Shown here: piece after piece, positions 9,120 to 16,183 of the stretch
How positions within the stretch are numbered: position 1 is the first letter of the stretch
How the letters are laid out: each line of letters begins with the position of its first letter
Assembly (NCBI RefSeq): GCF_006345805.1
Contig: NW_021825263.1
Coordinates: 1-16,183 of the forward strand
DNA from: Octopus sinensis
Lineage: Eukaryota
Direction: 5' to 3'
Length of the DNA stretch: 16,183 bases
Translations under genes and position numbers: made by a program
Notes under the pieces: model-generated
The model's database searches: none
What the model saw: the letters and a program-made list of their open reading frames with translations, nothing else
What the model was told of the DNA's origin: nothing

Positions 9120-9311
9120 ACGTATATATGTATATACACACGAGCACATACATACACACACATGCACATGCGCGTACACATACCCACGTGCAGAAAAAAC
9201 ACGCACACATACAAACAGACACAGAAAAGCGCATACGCAAATCTCGTCATACACACGCAAGCATATGTAAAACACTATTAGTCAACGTGAATCAATAATC
9301 CATAAAATTAG

Positions 9312-9347
<36 letters not shown>

Positions 9348-9484
9348 GTGTGTGCGTGTGTCTGCATGTGTGTACGTGAGTGTAAGTGCGTGCATGTATG
9401 TATATACACATGTTTATACATACATACACGCATACACACACATATATATAGACACACATATATATATATGTGTGTGTGTGTATG

Positions 9485-9520
<36 letters not shown>

Positions 9521-9662
9521 ATCATATATATACTTATTTGTACGTACATAAAAATTATATAAATATGTGTATGTATATAGAGAGGTATACATATATAGGA
9601 TTGTGTGCACATATATAAATATACATAATTATATGACTTTATATATCTCAATGTATAGGTTC

Positions 9663-9695
<33 letters not shown>

Positions 9696-9835
9696 TATAA
9701 TAATATATATATGAATATACGAACATATGCTTTTATATATACATACATACATATATATATATATACACACATACATGCAATATATATATATATATATATA
9801 TACATACATATACATATACACTCAGTGTGTGTGTG
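9120..9835 (+). repeat. Degenerate alternating purine-pyrimidine microsatellite field (TA/CA/TG)
   Basis: Directly visible. Confidence 0.9.
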
Positions 9836-9959
9836 AGCATGCGTGTTAGGCTATGTGGTTGTATGCATTCACTCAGGACAAGTCCCAGACAGATTGTGAA
9901 CCCTAATGGACCATAATCACACCACATTCCTATAAATACAGTCGAGTACACACCTTATC

Positions 9960-10012
9960 GCTGTTGTTGTTGTTGCTGTTGTTGTTGTCGCTGTTGTTAT
10001 TGTCGCTGTTGT
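9960..10012 (+). repeat. (GTT)n-like trinucleotide repeat
   Basis: GCTGTTGTTGTT/GTC units. Confidence 0.9.
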
Positions 10013-10397
10013 CTCTCCTTGTGCTAATTAAAACTAACAAGGCCTCTACACAGACAGACCCAAAATACACACACACACACAATTTGCTACACACATACAC
10101 ACAATGAGAAAATGTCTAGCTTAACTTCCTCGCAATATGTTGGCCTCTTGACATATGCCAAAATCGTCTAATCGACGTATCTGTGTACAGAATTGATTGG
10201 AGAAAACACACACACATACACAAAAATAAAAATAAGGGACAATAAGCCAAGCTGATTAAGAAAGAAACAGTAAAATGAAATTATGGAAAAATTTCACGAA
10301 AATCTTTAAAAAACAGAAAAGAAATTACATGCAGAGCTATACAAAGAAAAAGGTAAAAAAAAAAAGGCAGCGAAAATCAGCTCCATAAATTCATTAT

Positions 10398-11126
10398 TAT
10401 GATGATGGCAATGATGATAGTGTTGGTAGTTGTGGTGGTACTGGTGGTGGTGGTGGTGGTAGTGGTTGAGGTGGTGGTGGTTGAGGTGGTGATGGTGGTG
10501 ATGTTGTTGTTGGTGGTAGTGGCTCAGGTGGTTCTGGGTGGTGGCGGTTGTTGCGGTGGTCGTGTGATGGTAGTTGTGATGGTGGTGGTGATGCTGGTGG
10601 TGACGTTGGTGGTTGTGGTTGTGGTAGTGGTTGAGGTGGTGTGGGTAGTGGCGGTAGTTGTGGTGGTCGTGGTCATGGTAGCTGTGATGGTTGTCGTGGT
10701 GACGGTGGTGGTTGTGGTTGTGGTCGTGGTGATGGTGGATGTGATGGTGGTGGTGCTGTTGGTTGTTGTTGTTGTGCTGGTGGCGGTGGTGATGGTCAGG
10801 AGGACGAGGATAATGTTAATAATGACAATAACGACGATAATTATATCAATAATAAATATGATGTTAAGTTTTCATAACAAAAACAATGGCGTCGATGGTG
10901 GCAATGATGAGGACTATAATTATAGTCACATTAACAGTAATATAATGATGATGATGATGATGATGACGATGATGATGATGGCTGTAGTAATAGTAGAAGT
11001 TGTAGTTGTAGTAGTCGTAGTAGTTTAGAAGTGATAGTAGTAATGATGATAATATTCATAATAATTCTGATATTAATGTACTATTGGTATAATAATCGCA
11101 TGATAATAGTAATAATATCTATAGCC

Positions 11127-11163
<37 letters not shown>

Positions 11164-11195
11164 CAGTAGTAGTAGTAATAATAATAATAATAATA

Positions 11196-11234
<39 letters not shown>

Positions 11235-11243
11235 TAATAATAA
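10398..11243 (+). repeat. Compound trinucleotide field (GGT)n-(GAT)n-(GTA)n-(TAA)n
   Basis: Directly visible. It accounts for the poly-Val 209-aa ORF. Confidence 0.92.
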
Positions 11244-13440
11244 GCTCCCTACAATGTACAAAGCATTCACTGCAGTAATATCACAAAGATTAAACAAGCA
11301 CCTGGACGAAAACAACCTGTTTCCAGAAGAGCAGAAAGGATGCCGCAAAGGCTCATATGGCTGTAAAGATCAACTAATGATTAATAAAGACATAACTGAA
11401 GACAGCCACAGAAAGAAATAAGGCCTCAGTATGGCCTGGATCGACTACAAAAAGGCGTTTGATAGCATCCCCCACACATGGATCCTCGAAACACTAGCCA
11501 TTAACAGATTAGCACCAACAATTATAAAATACATAGGACACTCTATGAATAAATGGCAAACAGTGCTACAGCTCCAAACAAAAAAGGGACTCGTGAAAAC
11601 CAAGGCCATCCCCATTAGAAGAGGAATATCCCAGGGAGACACGCTCTCTCCACTCCTTGTCTGCTTGGCACTGTCACCTCTATCGGATATGCTAAATAGA
11701 ACTGGATGCGGATATAAATGTTACGGAAAAACGATCAGCCACCGTTTATATATGGATGACCTAAAACTATACGCTGCAAATGACAAACAGCTGGAAACAC
11801 TACTAAAGACAGTTCATGGATTCACCAAAGAAATAGATATGAAATTTGGATTAGAAAAATGCGCCAAAGTAACCCTGAAATGAGGAAAACTGGTTAAGAG
11901 TAGCAACATCACACTAGATAAAGCCAATGAAATAAGAGAATTAGACCAAAGCCAAACTTACAAATACTTAGGAATCCATGAACTAGATAAGACACAACAC
12001 ACACAAATGAAAGAGAAAATAAAGAAAGAATACTATAGACGAGTTAGATCAATACTAAAAACAGAGTTCAATGCTAAAAACAAGATAATAGGTATTAACA
12101 CTTTAGCCGTCCCAGTTATAAGTTACAAGTATAATATCCTTAACTGGACGCTAATGAACTAGCCAAAATAGATAGGAAAACAAGAAAAATAATGACAGGA
12201 TCTAGGATGCATCACCCAAAATCTGAGATAGAAAGGCTATATATACAACGTATAGAAGGTGGTAGAGGCCTTATAAAGCTGGAAAACTACTATAAAATAA
12301 CCACCATAGGACTGCAAAAATACCTACGTCAGAAGTAAGGAATACTGATACAAATAGCGGCAAAACACGAGCAAAACAAAAATTGTTCTCAGTATTTAAG
12401 GAAACTGACAAATACAAACAAGAAATCATACCACCAAACAATATGAAAAAGAAAAGAAGAAGAAGAAAAGAAGAAAAGAAGAAGAAGAAGAAGAAGAAGA
12501 AGAAGAAGAAGAAAAGAAGACACAATAAAAGCTATAAAGCAAATAAAATCAAAACTAAAACATCAACGGACCATGATAAAACGATGGCAAGAAAAGCCCC
12601 TTCATGGCAAGTACTGGACTAAGCTAAATGCAAAAGAAATAGACAAAGAAAAATCCCAGCAATGGTTGAGAAGCTGAGGACTCAAACAGAGAAAGAGGGA
12701 TTTTTAATTGCACCACAAGACCAAAGCCTCCCCACCAGAAATTACCAAAAACATATAATGAAAAGAAATATAACAAGTAACTGCAGAATATGTGGAGATG
12801 GACAAGAAACAATAAATCATATTATCTCTGGCTGCCCAGTCCTGGCTAAGAAGGAATATATTCACAGATACAACAGAGTTGGGATCTTCATATACTGGAA
12901 GCTATGCCAGCATTATGAAATAACAACAGAAAGAAATTGGTATAGGCACATACCAGAAAAGGTTACAGAAAAACGAGCAAGCAACCATACTCTGGGATAT
13001 GCCAATACACACAGATAGAGAAATTAAGGCCAACAGACCAGATATAGTTGTCAGAGATCATGAAGAAAAAAAAAATGCTTTCTAATTGATGTAACAATAC
13101 CAGCAGATGACAACGTATCTCTAAAAGAAATGGAGAAACTTTCAAAATACAAAGACCTGGAAATAGAGGTAGCTAGAATGTGGAATCTAAAAACAGAAAC
13201 AATTCCTATCACAGCATGATAAAAAGATATTCAGACAAATACATAACAAAAACATCAGGACTTACAAACACATATAACATACAGAAAATTGCGCTACTGG
13301 GCACTGCCCACATCTTACGCAAAACACTTTCAATACCATCAGAGCATCACAACAAAACACAGCACATATCCAATGCACACAGAGCTGCGCTCGGTATTGA
13401 AGTGACTTCATGATAAAAAACCCCCCCAAAAATACTACTG
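11244..13440 (+). mobile_element. R4/Dong-type RLE non-LTR retrotransposon, 5'-truncated, inactivated (RT, CCHC, RLE, 3' UTR), inserted in (TAA)n
   Basis: RT motifs LPTMYK, EQKGCRKGSYGCKDQL, AWIDYKKAFDSIPH, RGISQGDTLSPL, LYMDDLKL (YMDD 11749-11760), FGLEKCA and YKYLGI, followed by CRICG..ETINHIISGC and RPDIVVRD. Stops at 11419-11421 and 11881-11883 plus frameshifts. TAA repeats lie on both sides, and the 3' end is ACTACTG|AATAAT. Confidence 0.94.
12446..12519 (+). repeat. (AAG)n expansion inside the retrotransposon ORF
   Basis: AAG/AAAAG run between the RT and zinc-knuckle regions. Confidence 0.9.
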
Positions 13441-13451
13441 AATAATAATAA

Positions 13452-13504
<53 letters not shown>

Positions 13505-13540
13505 TAGTAGTAGTAATGATAATAATAACGTAATATAATA
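13441..13540 (+). repeat. (AAT)n-(AGT)n-(AAT)n microsatellite
   Basis: Directly visible. Confidence 0.95.
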
Positions 13541-13756
13541 AGAAAGTAATATTAAATAGCATTGTTTTTAATATAATCCTATTCATAGGAGAGTAGGTGT
13601 AAACGTTAGCAAAAAAGCCATGAAAAATATAAAGCAGTACATCCAGCCCCCTAACATCACCACCATTATCATCTTCGTTACCGTTACCGCTACTGCCCAC
13701 ATGTCATCAATAGAAACAGCGATGACAACTGCAAGAAAGCGGAGGAAGAGGATATT

Positions 13757-13763
13757 AATAATA

Positions 13764-13795
<32 letters not shown>

Positions 13796-13911
13796 TAATA
13801 ATAATAATAATGATAATAATAATGATAATAATAATAATGATAATGATAATAATAATAATAATGATGATAATAAAATAATAATATAATAATAATAATAATA
13901 ATAAAAAAATG

Positions 13912-13982
<71 letters not shown>
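13757..13982 (+). repeat. (AAT)n microsatellite
   Basis: Directly visible. Confidence 0.96.
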
Positions 13983-14521
13983 CAGGCAGTGGCTCTCGTG
14001 GCTTCTGATATTAACTGATCGGAAGTGTTATCACGTACATTGTTTTGTCTTCGTATAAAAGATGGGCTAAAGCAAATATTCTGCTCAATACCACAGATTT
14101 GCTTCTCAGTTGTTTGACCTTAACCAGTTGAGCATGTCCCATAGTGGCTGACGATATGTGCATCTCTGATCACGAGCAGAAGTAGTTGGGGAGCATCATA
14201 GCCATGTGTTGAGAAGGATTATTTGGGGTTTGAATTATTCACCTCTGGAAACATGGGTGTTTCGTTCAACGTCCTTAAACAACCCTTATTCAGGGACCTT
14301 TTGATCGGGATGGGCTACTCGATCTGAAGAAAATTCTAACTGGGCTCCACCTGCAAGGTCATGTGCTGTTTATCTTGATATGAGATCACCATGTCGCGCA
14401 CATATTGTTGTGATGCATGTGCTTGGTGTACCCTTATCAGACGGGTAGTCATGATTGGTATACTGGGCTTCGTATATTGTACCCCAGTGTCACTGTGATG
14501 GCATGCACTGCTGTCTCACTC
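13983..14521 (+). mobile_element. 555-bp element copy E (lacks ~17 nt at 5' end), inserted in (AAT)n
   Basis: CAGGCAGTGGCTCTC...CTGTCTCACTC, colinear with copies B and C, with AAT repeats on both sides. Confidence 0.9.
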
Positions 14522-14880
14522 AATAATAATAATAATAATAATGATGATGATGACAGCAATGACGATAACAACGACGATGATGGTGGTGAAGAAGAAGAAG
14601 AAGAAGAAGAAGAAGAAGAAGAAGAAGAAGAAGAAGAAGAAGAAGAAGAAGAAGAAGAAGAGAAAGAAGAAGGAGGAGGAGAAGAAGAAGAAGAAGAAGA
14701 AGAAGAAGAAGAAGAAGAAGAAGAAGAAAGAAGAAAGTTTGGAGATGTAGCAGTTATAGCCGCAGCAAAAGGTGATTGTGAGGAGGAAGAAGGAGTAGGA
14801 AGAGAAGAGGAGAAGAGACAAAGAAAAGAAGAAGAAGAAGAAGAAGAAGAAGAAGGCGACGACGAAGAAGAAGAAATAAA
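14522..14880 (+). repeat. (AAT)-(GAT)-(GAA)n compound repeat
   Basis: Directly visible. It accounts for the poly-E/K/F ORFs. Confidence 0.95.
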
Positions 14881-15313
14881 AAGAGGGAATCCAAAAGAGG
14901 CAACACAAAGCCGTTTAAACCACTGAAAACAATCTTCACTAAAAGTTGGTAACTTTTATCGCTCAAAGACATCCGAGTAAACATTCGCCATTATCATCGC
15001 TTCTTTAGTCGATTGCACTTTTTTTGTTTGTATTTCGGCGACGCGGAAGGCTGTTTGCTATTCTCTTGTCTCTTTTTATTTTCTTCGGCTGATTCTTTCT
15101 TTTCTCTCTCTGTCTTCGGTAGTTCCTTATTGTTGTTGTTGTTATTCTTCTTTCACCCTTCTTCTCTGGTCTTTGGTCGCCATAATAATTGGTTTTTCTT
15201 TCCATCTTTTCCCCATAGTATTTCCTTCTTGATGTTCTGTTTTATAATTTTATGCATCGCATTTCTTGTTAATGCTTTTGTTGTTTTTCTTGTTCTTACT
15301 CCTTTTCATGCAC

Positions 15314-15346
15314 TCCTTCTCTTCGTCCTCCTATTCTTCGTCCTCC

Positions 15347-15377
<31 letters not shown>

Positions 15378-15975
15378 CTTCTTCTTCTTCTTCTTCTTCT
15401 TCTTCTTCTTCTTCTTCCGCCTCTTTCTTCTTCTTCTTCTTCTTCTTCTTCTTCTTCTTCCGCCTCTTTCTTCTTTTTCTTCTTCTTCTTCTTCTTCTTC
15501 TTCTTCTTCCTTCCTCTTCTTCTTCTTCTCTTCTTCTCCTCATCTCCTTCCTCCTCCCCTCCTCTCTCCTCATTTTCCTCCCTCCTTCCCTCTTCTTCCC
15601 CTTCCTCATCTTCTTCCTCCTCCTCATTTCCTCCCCCTCATCTTCCTCTTCTTTCCCTTCCTCATCTTCTTCCCCCTCCTCATTTCCCCTTCCTCTCCCC
15701 TTCTTCCACCCTCCTCATTTCCTCCTCCTCATCTATCCCCTCCTTCCTCCTCTTCCTCATTTTCATTCTCCTCCTCATCTTTTTCCTCCTAATTCTCGTC
15801 CTCAGCCCATCACCACCACTATCATCATCATCATCATCATCATCATTTACTACTACTACTACTACTCTACTACTACTACTACCGACTACCTAAGTCATCT
15901 TTTGCTTAAAATATCGTTTCTTTTCTTTGTTTATATTTTGGTTTTTTACTATCATCATCACCATTATCATCATCA
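15314..15975 (+). repeat. (TTC)n / (TCC)n polypyrimidine tract followed by (CAT)n/(CTA)n
   Basis: Directly visible. Confidence 0.95.
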
Positions 15976-16111
15976 TATATTACCATTGTTTTAATTTCTA
16001 CAGCTGCATCCAAATCTCAACCTGAGACATCAAGGGCCAACAAGATTTTGCATCCCAAAATCCAAGCAACTGAGGTGCCATGCAACTGGAGAAGCTGATG
16101 TTTGTGTGGTA

Positions 16112-16183
16112 TACTCTTTACTCTTTTATTTGTTTCAGTCATTTGACAGCAGCCATGCTGGAGTCCGTCCTTAGTCGAGCAAC
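16112..16183 (-). mobile_element. 3' tail of a SINE, running off the right edge
   Basis: The minus strand ends CTCCAGCATGGCTGCTGTCAAATGACTGAAACAAATAAAAGAGTAAAGAGTA with a short tandem tail. Recalled as a common octopus SINE 3' end. Confidence 0.6.

Noticed and set aside
9733-10055. Possible small exons around 9870-10050 (splice-like motifs on both strands)
   Set aside because: Signals are weak and conflicting, and the peptides are unrecognisable.
7329-11348. Many long ORFs (e.g. 8089-8901, 10399-11028, 7483-7929)
   Set aside because: They are translations of TA/CA/TATC/GGT microsatellites that lack stop codons by composition, with no protein signal.
14417-15994. Poly-E/K/F/S/L ORFs, and the shared MCLVYPYQTGSHD start at 2068 and 14417
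   Set aside because: They are microsatellite read-through. The shared N-terminus only reflects two copies of the 555-nt element.

Overview
Eukaryotic, AT-rich, repeat-saturated non-coding DNA. The SINE types and microsatellite density suggest an octopod cephalopod, but this is recall-based inference. No intact host gene is evident, and nearly all long entries in the ORF track are translated microsatellites. The main contents are: two copies of a restriction-like-endonuclease (RLE) non-LTR retrotransposon of the R4/Dong type (1-837; 11244-13440), both ending ACTACTG directly before (AAT)n; a much older, divergent R4-like fragment missed by the ORF track (6541-7208); five copies of a ~555-bp non-coding element with no clear Pol III head, four of which end CACTC|(AAT)n in the same orientation and register as the R4/Dong copies; an internally deleted pogo/Tigger transposon (DD30D); three SINE pieces; a probable L1/Tx1 3' end; and a short (TA)n-flanked element carrying a Penelope-type minimal hammerhead ribozyme motif. 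The strongest candidate for an undescribed system is the (TAA)n-targeting R4/Dong element plus its putative non-autonomous 555-nt partner.
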